A DNA stretch of 63,078 bases, counting the filler, from Octopus bimaculoides (lineage: Eukaryota): assembly GCF_001194135.2 (NCBI RefSeq). It is 4 parts of 4 records of this genome, joined end to end, with 100 filler letters (N's around TTAATTAATTAA, not from the genome) between each part and the next. Parts side by side here need not be neighbours in the genome. Positions count along the whole stretch, not along the records: positions 1 to 26,280 come from NC_068993.1; 3 more parts are not named here. The stretch is one strand, 5' to 3'. The position numbers and the translations under genes are program-made. Shown piece after piece: positions 1 through 13,004 of this stretch (positions are counted from its first letter, which is position 1; each line of letters begins with the position of its first letter). The notes under the pieces are model-generated. The model saw nothing but the letters and a program-made list of their open reading frames with translations. It was not told the DNA's origin and made no database searches.

Positions 1-1
1 C

Positions 2-33
<32 letters not shown>

Positions 34-70
34 CCGCAACGACGACGCCGACGCCGACGCCGACGACAAC
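1..70. repeat. Compound (CAA)n / (CGA)n / (CGACGC)n microsatellite
   Basis: Direct reading: CAA repeats grading into CGA and CGACGC units. Confidence 0.95.
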
Positions 71-693
71 AAAGCACCGCCATTTCTGCCTTATGTTTAT
101 CAATCTTACACATCTTGCTTGAAGGAAAATAAAATAAAAACAAGAAATCGTTTCTAAAGAAACAATCCGTTTGATACATTTAAGCCATCATGTCCAACTC
201 TAAATTGTTGTTTGATTCTATAAGTTATCCAAAGCTTCTCATCTCGAGTCTGTTGGTCCGTGAACTGTATCAAGGGAAAGAAGATATTCTAAACAGTGAT
301 TTGTTACCATTTTTGAATATCTTTGAGGTTAATGACCTGAACATCTCCAAGTTTTCATCTTATTTGGTTTGATCAGAACTAATCACTGTTGTACTTGGAT
401 CCTGCGTTCCATGAGGAAGAAACAGTTTGGTATTTCTACTGTATATATATATATCAAATAATAAGCAACACGGATTTCAAAAGTGATTGCAGTACGCACG
501 TTTCATGCTACTTCAATTTATTTAAGTAATGTGAGCATTACCTTAAATGCAATATGAAGAGCAATCTTCAGCTGCACGAAAAAATGTAGAAAAAAAGACA
601 TATTACAAATGTGGCAACATATTAAAACCAAGTGGGAGAGAGCAGAGGAAGAATATATAAGTCCATCTTGACATAGCAGGGTCTATCAGGCTA

Positions 694-694
<1 letters not shown>

Positions 695-774
<80 letters not shown>

Positions 775-812
775 CATACAGACATACATACATGTATGTA
801 TGTATGTATGTA
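695..812. repeat. (TA)n followed by (TACA)/(TATG)n microsatellite
   Basis: Direct reading; the source of the YI/IY ORFs in the track. Confidence 0.97.
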
Positions 813-827
813 TTAAAAAAAATATAT

Positions 828-1190
828 ATGGAGAGAATGTGTCAGAAAAAATGTAGAGCCTGTGGAACAAGACAGTGGCAGACATTGTGGAAGAATAGCC
901 CAAGCTGGAATAGACAGGCATAAGAATAAAAACAGAGCACATTCAGAAAATGGCATCCATTGGCAGTGCCAGCAAACTCTGCCAAGTGTTCATGACTTGA
1001 AAAGAAACGGAAGCATGACCAGGTTGTAAAAGTTATGCACCGGAAACTGTGCCAGCAACGGGAATTTGAAGCTGGAAACACATGGTACAATCATGGAGTC
1101 AAAAGAGTACTGAAGTCGGAGATATGCAAGATTTTGTGGGACTTTCTTATTCAAATGGACAAGAAGTTAGAAAATAATAGACCAGACATA
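828..1190 (+). mobile_element. Decayed fragment of an R4/Dong-like non-LTR retrotransposon (CCHC knuckle plus start of the restriction-like endonuclease)
   Basis: Frameshifted translation gives [17 protein letters not shown], then KRKHDQVVKVMHRKLC..WYNH..KILWDFLIQMDKKLENNRPDI. This matches the CCHC / RHD / ILWDF..RPD motifs typical of RLE-clade (R4-like) elements. It ends at an (ATAAT)/(TAA)n tract. Confidence 0.75.
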
Positions 1191-1246
1191 ACAAAATATA
1201 ATAATATAATAATATAATAATATAATATAATAATAATAATAATAGT

Positions 1247-1452
1247 AATCCTTTCTACTTTAGGCAAAGACCAGTAGTTTTTAGAGGGGATGGGGTAAAT
1301 CGATTACTTTGACCCAGTGCTGAACGAGTCCTTATTTTATGGACGTCGAAAGGATGAAAGGTAAGTTGGGATTTGAACTTAGGACGTAGAGACAGGTGAA
1401 ACACCGCCAAGCATTTTGATCAGTTTCATAACGATTCTGTCGATTCGACACT
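1247..1452 (-). mobile_element. tRNA-derived SINE family A, decayed copy
   Basis: Reverse complement aligns by eye to the family A copy at 14221-14446 (B-box-like GTTCAAATC, CCTTTCATCCTTTC, AGTAGAAAGGATT tail). Confidence 0.75.
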
Positions 1453-1478
1453 TTGAATATAGTATTCAAGATTGCATG

Positions 1479-1631
1479 GACCCCCAGTACTCGACTGGTA
1501 TTTAGTTTATTAACCTCAAAAGAGTGAAAGGCAGAGTCGACGCCGGTGGCATTTGAACGCAGAATGTAAAGTCGGAAGAAATGCCGCTAAGCATTTTGTT
1601 CAGCGCGGTAACGATTCTTTCAGCTCGCCGC
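1479..1631 (-). mobile_element. SINE family A, 5-prime part
   Basis: The minus strand starts GCGGCGAGCTG and contains GTTCAAATGCC (B box) and GTCGACTCTGCCTTTCA, as in other family A copies. Confidence 0.8.
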
Positions 1632-2326
1632 GCTAATAATAATTAACAACAACAACAACAACAGTAACAACAATATACGTATGCTTACGTGTTGGGTTAC
1701 CTCAATGTTTTTATTCCTTTTGTCTGATGTTTGTCTTGTTTCTGTTGCCTAAACGAAATACAAAAACTCTATAAAATAAAACGAAAACGATATTGAAACA
1801 AGGACTCGAATATTACCGTATTTATTTGGCATCAAAGTATTTTCTGAAAGCAATGAATACCAGCATAAATATTGTTTATGCTGAATAATATGTATTTAGG
1901 TATCTCCTTAAATGCAGATTTATCTGAATTTTTTAAACGGAATTGTTAAATGATTGTCTTTACAGGCAGTACGAATTGCAAAATGCAAGCGTTATGATGT
2001 AGCGAAAGATATAAAGCAGAAATAAATAATTGAAATCGTTTCCGATCTGCGATTTCTGATGTTCCATTTCTGCTAATGATGTTTCCGATTTATTAAACAT
2101 CGAAGTTATTATACACTGTAAACGTTTCCCATCAATGCTACACACTTAAATTTATTGGAAACAAAAACAAATAAACGCTTAAAACATTAACAAAAAATAA
2201 ATGTAATCAAAAGCTTTCTATAAATGACACATTTGGTAATTCGTATTATTAATGAAATCAGTTAAGATGCAGAAAAAAAAAATGATTTTTATTTCTTCAA
2301 GAGTCAAATGTCCGGAATAAATGTTT

Positions 2327-2369
<43 letters not shown>

Positions 2370-3464
2370 CATTGGAAATAAAAATAATAAAACAAGTTTT
2401 GACAAATTATGTAAAATAAAAAAATAAAGGGAATAACATTCTAACCTCCCCGTCTGTGCTAATAATTTATTGATATTTGAACAAAAAACAAATGAGCAAG
2501 CAGGATTGCGTGACAAGTGGCAGACATATTGCTAACTGAACAAAACTGCTACACAAAAGAGGATTGCGGAAAAAAAAAAAAAAGAAGAGAGAACATTGTT
2601 TCTCTTTGCTAATGTTTGCTCCACACGCAGCAATGTAGAACATTTCATTCTTTTGTTCATGTAGGAACTATGCACTGCCTCCCCGTCACTTCGTTCAACC
2701 ATTGCAGAAAGCTTACAATAAACAGCTTGTAGCGTGATTCTTTCAATTCGAGACTACCATACAAAAAAAAAAACAACGGACAACCAATAAACATTTATGG
2801 ATTTCTGTTTTATTGTTTGTTGAAAATAGTTCCGTTTGTGTTTGTTTAGTGTTCCTTAATTTAACTGAGCTGTGAGTATTATTTCGGTATTTGCTGCTAG
2901 GTTACATATTGTATTTACCAATTCTCTACGTTTGCTCACCGCTCTGTTGCACTATTTCCCCCAACACTGTTGCCATTTGTTAAACTGGTCAAATTTATAC
3001 TTAAATGTTTTTATTTTCTCCCAACTGCCATATTGTCTGCTTACAATGAATCAAGTGAACGAGGTAATACAGCGGTTATAAACTAACCACAGCGATATCT
3101 ATCAGATATTTTATCAAATAATCGCCGACAGACGACCGTTGTTTATTATCTCCAGTAACATTTCCTTACAACTGTGTTGTTGCTGGTCCATCGCGTGCGT
3201 GGTTGATATCAGATCATCATTAAAGAGAACATGTACCAAAATGAATGAACCAGGAAAAGCAAGTCTCTTGCACACGAAGGAGACTCGTACACAATTTGCG
3301 AAGGTTGTCTATGAGTGCAGCCTGTTTCTTGTGGCAAGTGACTCTGTTGGTTCTTCAATTACCAGCAAAGAATGAGTGAAGACTGTCACGGGAGATGATG
3401 TTCTGTAAATTATTGTACCGGGAAGCCATACTGCTAAATATATTAAACGACATTTTAAATATAT

Positions 3465-3862
3465 ATATACATACATGCACACATACATACATACGTACGT
3501 ACATACATACATACATACGTACGTACATACATACATAACGCATAGATACATACACATATACATACGCATCTAACACCATACATACACACATACACACATA
3601 CACACGCATACATACAAACATAATATACATACATACAGGCATACATACACGCATACACAAAAACATATCTACATACACACATAGACAGAAACATATCTAC
3701 ATACACACATACATATATACATACATACGTACATACATAACTACGTACCTACATACCTACCTACCTACCTACATACATACATACATACATACATACATGC
3801 ATACATACATACATGCATACATACATACATACATACATGCATACATACATACATACATACAT
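3465..3862. repeat. (ACAT)n / (CA)n compound microsatellite
   Basis: Direct reading; source of the MYVC ORFs. Confidence 0.95.
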
Positions 3863-4199
3863 GCGGTATATCCCAGTGTACAGTGTATTGTCAGCAGATT
3901 TCCTCTGGGCAATATATTCAAAGCTAACAAAACCACGAGAAAGGTGTAAACTATCCATCGTTAATTAGTCATTACAACCGCAAAATAAATCAACGAATCT
4001 TTGACAGCCGCCATGATATGTTGCTGAAATTTATTTTTTTGTTCCTGGCGAAAGAGTAAGTTTCTTACATTACTGTAGACAGAGAGGGTCGTGTCTTCGG
4101 TTGAAGACTCTTCAGCATCATGTTTGCTTCCTAATGTTTTTCGAAAGAGCAATAATATTCTTCATATTAGGTGCAGAACTGATGAAAATTTATACAACG

Positions 4200-4235
<36 letters not shown>

Positions 4236-4317
4236 NNNNNNNNNNNNNNNNNNNNNNNNNNNNNNNNNNNNNNNNNNNNNNNNNNNNNNNNNNNNNNNNN
4301 NNNNNNNNATATATATT

Positions 4318-4358
<41 letters not shown>

Positions 4359-4789
4359 TCATACATACATACATACATACATAAACATCGTAAAGTGTGA
4401 ATATATATCCTTTGAAAACTAAGGTAAAAAAACATAATCAAAGACCCAATAATTATCTCCTTCCTTCATTTAGGGGTCATACACCATTCTTAATAAACGT
4501 TAATCGATTTTTCTCTGTTTGTTCCCTTCACTTTCCGTTTGAGTCTAGAAGTATTGTTGTTGTTGTTGTTATTGTTGCAGCTTATTCTCTCCCCACCCCT
4601 CTCAGATGAGAGTATTTCTAGAGGAGGGTGACACGGCGTGAATTGTCAGTAAAGCTGTGGACGGGTTTGAAAGACTCTGCTGGAATCTACTGGAATCTAC
4701 TTTGTTAGAGGCAAGGACAATAGAAGAGGTAAAAACGAAATTAAAGAACTCCACAGAAGAAGAATGTAATCGTTGCTCCATCTTTGTAA

Positions 4790-5068
4790 TATGCATGTTT
4801 GTATGTATGTGTATATGTGTGTATGTATGTTTGTATGTATGTATGTATGTATGTGTGTGTGTATGTATATATGTATATATGTGTGTGTGTATATATGTAT
4901 GCATGTATATATGTGTGTATGTATGCATGTATATGTGTGCGTGTGTATGTATGTGTTTGTGTATATGTATGTGTGTATGTAAGTGTGTATGCATGTATTC
5001 ATGTATGTATGAATGTATGTATAAGTAGATAGATATAGATATAGATATGTGTATGTATATATATATAG

Positions 5069-5110
<42 letters not shown>

Positions 5111-5430
5111 GTGTGTATGTATATATGTGTGTGTATATATATGTATATATATACTAGTTTATATATGATATATATATATATATGTGTGTATGTATGCATG
5201 TATGTATGCATATATATATATGTATATATATATAGATATATATATATATATACATGTACACATATACACAGCATATACGCACACACACAGACATATATTT
5301 ACATATACATACGTATATGCGTGTTTGTACGTGTGCGTATGTATGTGTTTGTCTGTAAGTAAGTAGGTGTGTATATATATATGGACGCTATGTACGTCGG
5401 TGTATATGCATGTACCATTATGCATGTGTT
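4790..5430. repeat. (TGTA)n / (TA)n / (TG)n compound microsatellite tract
   Basis: Direct reading. Confidence 0.95.
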
Positions 5431-5589
5431 ATCCATGCAGTATTGGCCTGATAAGGCATTGATGGATTCTGTAAATATTCCGGATTCTCTGAAAGAGATT
5501 GGGAAGAAATGAAGAAAATGGTTTAGCTGCGCCGATAAGAAGGGGAAGAAAGAATAATTAGTTTTGGTGAAACCAAAATCAACAAACTG

Positions 5590-5983
5590 ACGTTAATGTC
5601 AATAGTAAAGAGAAACAGAGGAGGACGAGAGGAGGAAGAAGAGGAAGAAGGAAGAAGATGAGGAAGAGAGAAGGAAGAAGAGAAAGGAGTTTAAGTAAAA
5701 ATAGAGAGGATAAAGAAGGGAAAAGAAAAGTAGGGAGTGAGAGAGAGAAAAGAGTAGACGAAAGAGTCGAAGAAATTTGTAGAAATTTGAGAGTAGTAGT
5801 AAGAGTAATAAGAAGGAGACGGAAGAATTATGAAAAGGAAAAGAAGAAAAAAGATGAAGAAAAACAATGGATAGAAGAAGAAAAATGAGAAGAAGAAAAG
5901 AGAAAAGGAGAATACGAAGGAAATACGAAGGAAAATAGTTTTAGCTGAAGAGAAAGAAGACTGAGGAAGAAAAAAAGAGGAGA

Positions 5984-6053
<70 letters not shown>

Positions 6054-6470
6054 CCGGTGGTGGGGGAGGAAGGGGAGAAGGAAAAGGAGAAGAAAAATAT
6101 GATGATGGTGGTGGTTATGATGACGATGATGACGTTGATAAGGATGACTATGATGATGATGATAATGATGATGATGATGACAAGGGCGACAGTGATGACG
6201 ATGCTGCTGCTACTGCTGCTGCTGTTACTTCTGCTGCTGCTGCTGTTGCTGAGGATGATGACGACGACGACGACGACGACAATGGTGATGATATGAATTA
6301 GAAAAAGAAAGGAAAAAAAGGAAAAGAAAGAATAAGGAAGAAGGTAAAAAGAAGAAAATACAAATAAAAAGTAGAAAAGAACAAAAAAGGAAGCGAGGCG
6401 AAGAAGATCAAAGAAGATAGAAGAAGAAGAAGAAGAAGAAGAAGAAGAAGAAGAAGAAGAAGAAAAATAA
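5590..6470. repeat. Purine-rich low-complexity tract with (AAT)n, (GAT)n, (GCT)n, (GAC)n and (GAA)n runs
   Basis: Direct reading; strong A/G strand bias. It explains the 251-aa low-complexity ORF at 5828-6583. Confidence 0.93.
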
Positions 6471-6758
6471 GGTGTTGAGTCGGTTGTTTTGTGTAAAGAA
6501 GCAAGGAAAATTAATGAATGTGTCGGTGAATATAGATAGATTTGCAGATGATCAAAATACGAACCATAATAATAATGGCACAAGTCATAAAGTTGTCATA
6601 GTGTTCTGTCATAAAAAGGAACCGAACAAGATGTTAATGTATCACCGTTTGTCAGAATGGTTTCAGGTGAACTTCAATGATAATGTTTAACCCCAACCGA
6701 ATGAAGTGAAGAAGAATTTGTAAAATTTATTACGATACCAGAGACTACAGAGTAACTG

Positions 6759-6824
<66 letters not shown>

Positions 6825-7013
6825 ATCTATTTATCTATCTATTTTTCTCTCGCTAAACCAGAAAATAAACCTCTACCAATCCGAATGGTGTATTTTAAGT
6901 AACACGTGTTCTTTTAAAGGTTGTGAAGTTCTGGATTTGAAATTGATAGCAGTTTATACTTGAGAAAAGAAGGAACTTTCAAATTGCAATATTAATAAAA
7001 CAAAAGATAGTCA

Positions 7014-7209
7014 ACAGAATTTAACGGGACAGGGATACATGTTCTCATTCGAAGGTGGAACATTGCTATTGAGAGAAACGGTGACTATGTTGAGAAGTAG
7101 GGATGTGATCCACAGAGGACCAGCTTCATTTTGATGTATGATACATGTTCCTGTGTTGGTAATTATACCTGTCCTAAACAAAATGGCATTACTTTTTGAC
7201 TCACCCTCG
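7014..7209 (+). mobile_element. 3-prime end of a mariner-type transposon (transposase C-terminus plus right TIR)
   Basis: Translates as TEFNGTGIHVLIRRWNIAIERNGDYVEK*, the typical mariner C-terminal G..L..RW..I...GDY motif. It is followed by GCATTACTTTTTGACTCACCCTCG and then TA (mariner-like TIR end and TA target). Confidence 0.85.
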
Positions 7210-7289
7210 TATATATATTTATGTGTGTGTATGTGTGTGTGTGTGTTCATACACAGTCTGATGGACATATATGAAATGTCTCTAAACAA

Positions 7290-7800
7290 TACCAATAAGT
7301 CTAATAAATTTACTAATACGCTACTGCAAGTGTATTGTCACCATTACTGTAGTAATACGTCACTGCTAACATATTAAAACGTCACTGCTTGTATATTACA
7401 CGTTATTGATGATAAATTACCAATAACGTGTAATACATAAGCAGTGACGTTTTAATACATTAGCAGTGACGTATTAATACATTAACAAAGATGTGTTAAA
7501 TACTTTAAAATTGATGGCTTAATATATTAAATGACATTAATTAACAGTGATGTGGGAATCCGTTGCTAATGATGTGTTAGTATATGCGTATTCACTGAAG
7601 AATACAAATTAACACATAGTTTAATATAATTAGAGTGACGTGTTGATAGTAATGCGTGAATAGATTACGAGTTGTAATGTTAATACATTAATAACGATAA
7701 GTTATGTTTCAACATAACCGTTATGTGTTGATATATTAAGAGTTATTTATTAATACACTAACCATTATATGTTAATACATTAATTGTGACGTATTCACAA
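7290..7800. repeat. Degenerate ~22-bp AT-rich tandem array containing a 56-bp inverted repeat (7353-7408 / 7421-7476)
   Basis: Unit approximately TTAATACATTAGCAGTGACGT. The arms match at 52/56 positions around a 12-nt spacer. Confidence 0.85.
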
Positions 7801-8248
7801 CCACGTGCCAACGGTCGAGAGAGAAATTACAATTACTTCCATCTATAAATAATTTTATTTTTATAAAATTACAAATTGCTGGCTTCATTTCTCTGTTTTG
7901 AGTTGAGCTATTTCGGAACTATTTAATTTTACAGATCACGTGTCTCTTAACCATATCATTTTATCGATTTCAAGATGGATAATTTAGTGCAGAGCAGCGT
8001 TGCAGAGTACACGCGTTCGATTCTCACTCTGATTACTTACAAAAAAATAATTTCTAGTAGTAGTAGTAGTAGTAGTAGCTGGTGCTACTGCTGTTGTTGT
8101 TGCTGTAATCGTCATCATCGTCTTCATTGCAGTCGTTATCGTTTGGCCCCAATCTGGCCTGATTGATCAAAGGCATTCCAGATGTGACCAGCACGTCTTA
8201 TTAGGAGTATATAGCCATTATATGCTTTCATTGTTGAAGTCTGTTGGA

Positions 8249-8447
8249 AGGCGGCGAGCTGGGGGGAGTCGCAGGCACGCCGGAGAAAGTGTTTAGTAGC
8301 ATTTCGTGCGTCTTTACGTTCTGAGTTCAAAATCCGCCAAGATAGACTTTGCCATTCGGCATCAATGGAATAAGTACCAATAGAGAACTGGAGTTGATGT
8401 AATCGACCCCTTCATCCAAATTTCACGCCTAAAGTAGAAAGGATTAT
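8249..8447 (+). mobile_element. SINE family A copy
   Basis: Starts AGGCGGCGAGCTGG, has B box GAGTTCAAAATCC and ends AGTAGAAAGGATTAT. Confidence 0.85.
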
Positions 8448-10036
8448 CGAAGACAGTAGAGTGTCATATGAGGCACAGTTGGTTACTATTTCTAAACGGT
8501 CAAGCGACCACATAGAAATTGCTTCGTTGACTCGATGTCTTTTCAGTTACTATCAGAAGACAAATCTGCTCCGACTTCATGAACGAAATATACCAGACTT
8601 TAAAAATATAATCTAAAACAACACTAACAGCCAATGTGGAGAATACCAGACTTAAAAAAAAATTACTGTGCATGATTTGATCGACTCAACCTGTCCAGAC
8701 GATGCCCCACCAACATGGCTGCGGTCCAATGGCTGGGAGAAGCAAAAGAATGTCATACCTACACACACACACAACACTGGGCGACTGGAGACTAAGCTAG
8801 AAGACGCTCGGATTTGCTGTGCCACTGAATCGAACCTGGAGTCACAGAGTTGCAAAATTAATTTGTTAAACATAAAACCATTTAACTACTTTTACATCTC
8901 TTTATGTTATGAGTTCAAATCAGTCCAGCATCGTATTTATCTTTAACACTTCCTGGGGTGAATAAAATAAGTACAATCAACCGAGTTTGAACCCTCGCCG
9001 TGAAGTTTGTGGCTTTCGTCACGAGCTATAGATCATTCTTTGAAATCCGTGTCTTGCTGATACATCTTGCATTTTAGTTTAGCAATTTATTTCGTAAGAA
9101 CATCGATCTGTTTGTGTTAAAATTAATTTCAATTTGATTAAACATTTTTTTATTGAATTTTTACATATTTCTTCAATATTCTAGATTTGTTCTTAGATAT
9201 TTTCAGAATCTGATCGGTGAAAATATTTAACATTATCGAATGGTTCATAGAAATCTTAATAGTTTTAAAAGTAATCTATATTCTTTTCCCAGAATGCAGA
9301 ACTTTTTTGATGCTGTTAGATTAATTCCGAAAATATATTTCATTCATTGTTTCTGTGTATTATTTTATTTTTACATTTTCCCCTTAGAAATTTAATGGTA
9401 TCTGACTTCACAAAGAACTTGTGAATTCTATAAGCTACAAAGATACAATATAAATGAATCAGCTAATTCAGAAATGGCTTTCGGCAAAGCTGACATAAAA
9501 CTTAATCAATTAATGAATTTCGAAAGCGTGTCTTTAAAGCTGCAAATCGCTCTATCACGCCTCCTAAACCGTTTTATCGAATTCTATTGCACAAAATTGT
9601 GGATTTCCTACATGGACTTTCTATTATATTCCTTTGAAGTAATTAACCCTTTTCAGAAACATTTACTAAAATCTCATCAATCTGCCAAGACATTTCTCAC
9701 TTAGCTAATGTTTGCATACATTAATATTCAACGTGCAAGATGTTTTATCAACATAATGCTTTTGTTATGAGATATATTTCACGGATGAAGAAATAGCAAG
9801 AATTGGTAAAATGCCGAAATAAATGTTTTAGAGTTTTAGTAATAAAATAAAAACCCACCACAGACCGCTACCACTCTCATTCGACTCTGTAGTTTCATTC
9901 ACATTTAGGTTTACTAAATTAACTAATGCAATTACATATTCACATAAGTTATTTAACATAATTAGCATAACCACATTTAACAGTGTTACCAGCATAACTA
10001 CAGCTAACATTAAAATTTACAAACATAACCACACCT

Positions 10037-10296
10037 GGAGTAAAGATTGTTTGTCAACATAACATGGCAGTTCTGGTTTAGGACGAATGTTGCTGTAATT
10101 TAGCCCCAGGAGACATCGTCTCCAGATGGCTATACGACACGATCTGTGTCCTTATATTTTCGAACAAGGGACTCTCCTGGGGCTAAATTACAGCAACATT
10201 CGTCCTAAACCAGGACTGCCATGTTATGTTGGCAAACAATCTTTACTCCAAAGTACTGTTGCTGAATATCTCTCGTTGTGAGATTTAAAAATAGTA
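10037..10296 (+). mobile_element. Retroposon 3-prime end with 5-prime inversion, flanked by 12-bp TSD ATAACCACACCT
   Basis: TSD at 10025-10036 and 10297-10308. Segment 10037-10171 is the reverse complement of the order seen in the colinear copies at ~58945-59110 and ~52525-52715. Segment 10173-10296 is forward and ends in the AAAAATAGTA tail. Confidence 0.88.
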
Positions 10297-10666
10297 ATAA
10301 CCACACCTGTGTTAACAATTAGTTTTACTAACATAAACGTAGTTAACATTTAGTTTTAATTAACATGACCACAGTGAACATTGACATTTGATTAATATAA
10401 GCAGTTAACAATTAGTTTTACTAAAGTAAACACACTTAACAGTTTTAATTAGCATAGCTACAGTTAGTTTATACTTTTAATTAATATAATCACAATTAAC
10501 ATTTAGTTTTAGTGACTAATTTGTTGTCAATCAAATGATTTTCCTCTGGATGGGATCTCGGATGCCTGTGTTTGAAGTAACAGTACCTTCCTCTCCCCCA
10601 GGTATGGGAACTATCCTCCACTTGAGATTCACTTTGAGCTTTGTATAGCGTCAACAATTGTTGGGT

Positions 10667-10700
<34 letters not shown>

Positions 10701-10716
10701 AGATAGATAGATAGAC

Positions 10717-10784
<68 letters not shown>

Positions 10785-10871
10785 CTTGAAACGAAGGTCA
10801 AATCTTTACGATGGGATCCTAGCTCTGTGTGTATGTGTGTGTGTATGCGTGTGTGTGTATGCGTGTGTGTC

Positions 10872-10907
<36 letters not shown>

Positions 10908-11439
10908 TAGACGGGTTTGTAAACAGTTTCCCTTTACCGTATTTTAACCAAAAAATATTGGTCGAACATGAGACCAAATTGGTCAACATTTGGCTGCTGT
11001 AAAAGACATTTGCCTCACATACCGAACAAGAAGCGTGATCGAACTCGGAACCATGTTATTTACCAAATGAACTTCTTAAGAAGCTTCCAATCATGTCTAC
11101 ACCTTACTGAGATCGAATCCTGTCAACGTTGTTTTTGCCTTCCATGCATGTACGATAGATATATTATCAGTGAAGATGTTGATTGTTATTTCGTTTACGT
11201 CTATCAAGAAGTTGTTTAATGAAGTGTGACGCTATCGGCAGACGATGTGTCCTTGGGCCAATGGAAAATGATTAAGATTTCTTCCAATAATTATTACGGT
11301 CAATTACCAAAGTAATTTTATTCTTTAAAACATCGTAATCAAAACGATTTGTTATTGTTATGAATTGTTAAAATAATTGGTCACCGAAAACTTTTCTGAA
11401 TATCAAGGACAGAAGAGAGAAACCAAAGATAAACTAAAA

Positions 11440-11625
11440 ATGGTAAAATGTCTGAATAATTCACGAAACACCATGGAATATAGAAAAATGAAATATTTTG
11501 TCTCCTTAATTAGGAAAGCTATTTTGGAGAAGCTGTTAACGGTACGGGCAAGGAATAGAGGTTCAGATAAAAGGAAAGACCAAGAATTCCGTGGATTAGG
11601 GCCGATTAGAAATACAGGAGAACTT
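11440..11625 (+). mobile_element. Decayed RTE-like LINE C-terminal fragment
   Basis: EYRKMKYFVSLIRKAILEKLLT, then in a shifted frame GKE*RFR*KERPRIPWI. This resembles the post-RT RKLKYFGHI.R...EGK..G.R.RGRPR.W motif of RTE-type LINEs. Confidence 0.55.
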
Positions 11626-12973
11626 GTGACATTAGTATAAGGTTCTTCGACAGGTGTGTCAATTCACCTGTCATTAGAGCTCCTGATTTGTACCATTCTA
11701 GTCCTTTGTACGTTGGCATAACATCGATTAAAGCCACCCCATTAATACGCTGCTACTTTATTATATCGATCACAAAAGGATAAAGTTGACTGGTTGAATT
11801 TGAACCCTGAGCGTAAAGAGACGGAACCAATATTAAAATGTATTTCATGCGATTCTAGCGTCTCTGCCAATCGATCCTCGCCGCCCCCTCTTTCTCAATA
11901 TCCATTTGAAATAATTCCTCACAATCTGTAACTCTTCAAGTGTAGCTTCAATTCTTGATTCTCTTTTTACCATTTTTTATGGAAACAAATATTTAAGATA
12001 CTGAAATATTGAGGAAAAAATATATAAGAAAGGCTGATCCCTGCTTGTTGCTAATTCGCTGATTTGTCTGCTGAACGTACGACTGCACAACAATCCACTT
12101 CCATTGAACTGTTTGCCCTTTCACACCCTCTTAATTGATGAAGATATCTATAAACAAGTTGCTTCGGTTTACAATATTGACACAAAATAATGTATTTATT
12201 TATCAAAACAGATATCAATTAAATACTGTTTATTTCTCTATTCACACCATTTCTATGGCTGTGTATATATAGCTTCTACAGTCTTTATAGTTACGTGTGT
12301 GTGTGTGCGTATGTGTGTGTGTAGCTTCCACTGTTCCTGTGGCTGTGTGTGTGTATGTAGCTTTTACTTTGTTTATGTGTGAAAATAATTGTGTATTTAA
12401 AGAGGAATCTGCCGTATTAAGTATTGCGTTTGGTGCGAGCTGCTCATATAGCATTGACACTTGTGTTGATTCCATTAAGATCTCTGATTTCCAAGTGTTT
12501 TATTAAATTCTCCTTTTCGTTTTATCACTTTGCACATTTTCGCACTTTTTATTTCTGGTTGAACATGGTCAGTGGCTGGTGACAGAATAGTCGCTCTCAT
12601 ATCTCCTGAGTAAACATCTATTTCACACAAAATGTGCCAGAACAATGAATGTTTCAAGGCAAGTCATTGTCAGTAGGAGCGTTGCAAAGATGGCCGCCAG
12701 CAGATGGCTGTGTAGATGTGTGTGTGTGTGTTTGTGTAGATGTATGAGTGGGCATGTAGACGTGTATGTGTGTGTATGTGGATGTGTGTGGATGTGTAGA
12801 TGTGTGTGACAGATGTGGAAAGTAATAACAACAACAAAAATGAAAGTAAAAAAAGGTAGGGGTTGGGTAATAAAGGTCTAAGTAGTTGTAGGAGTGGCAG
12901 GAGGAGTAGATGGAGAGGAGGAGGAGACACAAAGAAGAAGAAGAAGAAGAAGAAGAAGAAGAAGAAGAAGAAA

Positions 12974-13004
<31 letters not shown>

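Noticed and set aside
190-440. Coding-looking stretch and 60-aa ORF
   Set aside because: All minus-strand frames after the candidate acceptor hit stops, and the plus-strand peptide is unrecognisable.
5828-6583. 251-aa ORF and overlapping poly-amino-acid ORFs
   Set aside because: Translations of (AAT)n, (GAT)n, (GCT)n and (GAA)n tracts; no domain, no splice evidence.
9040-9830. AT-rich region with partly open minus-strand frames
   Set aside because: Multiple stops and no recognisable motif; cannot be assigned.
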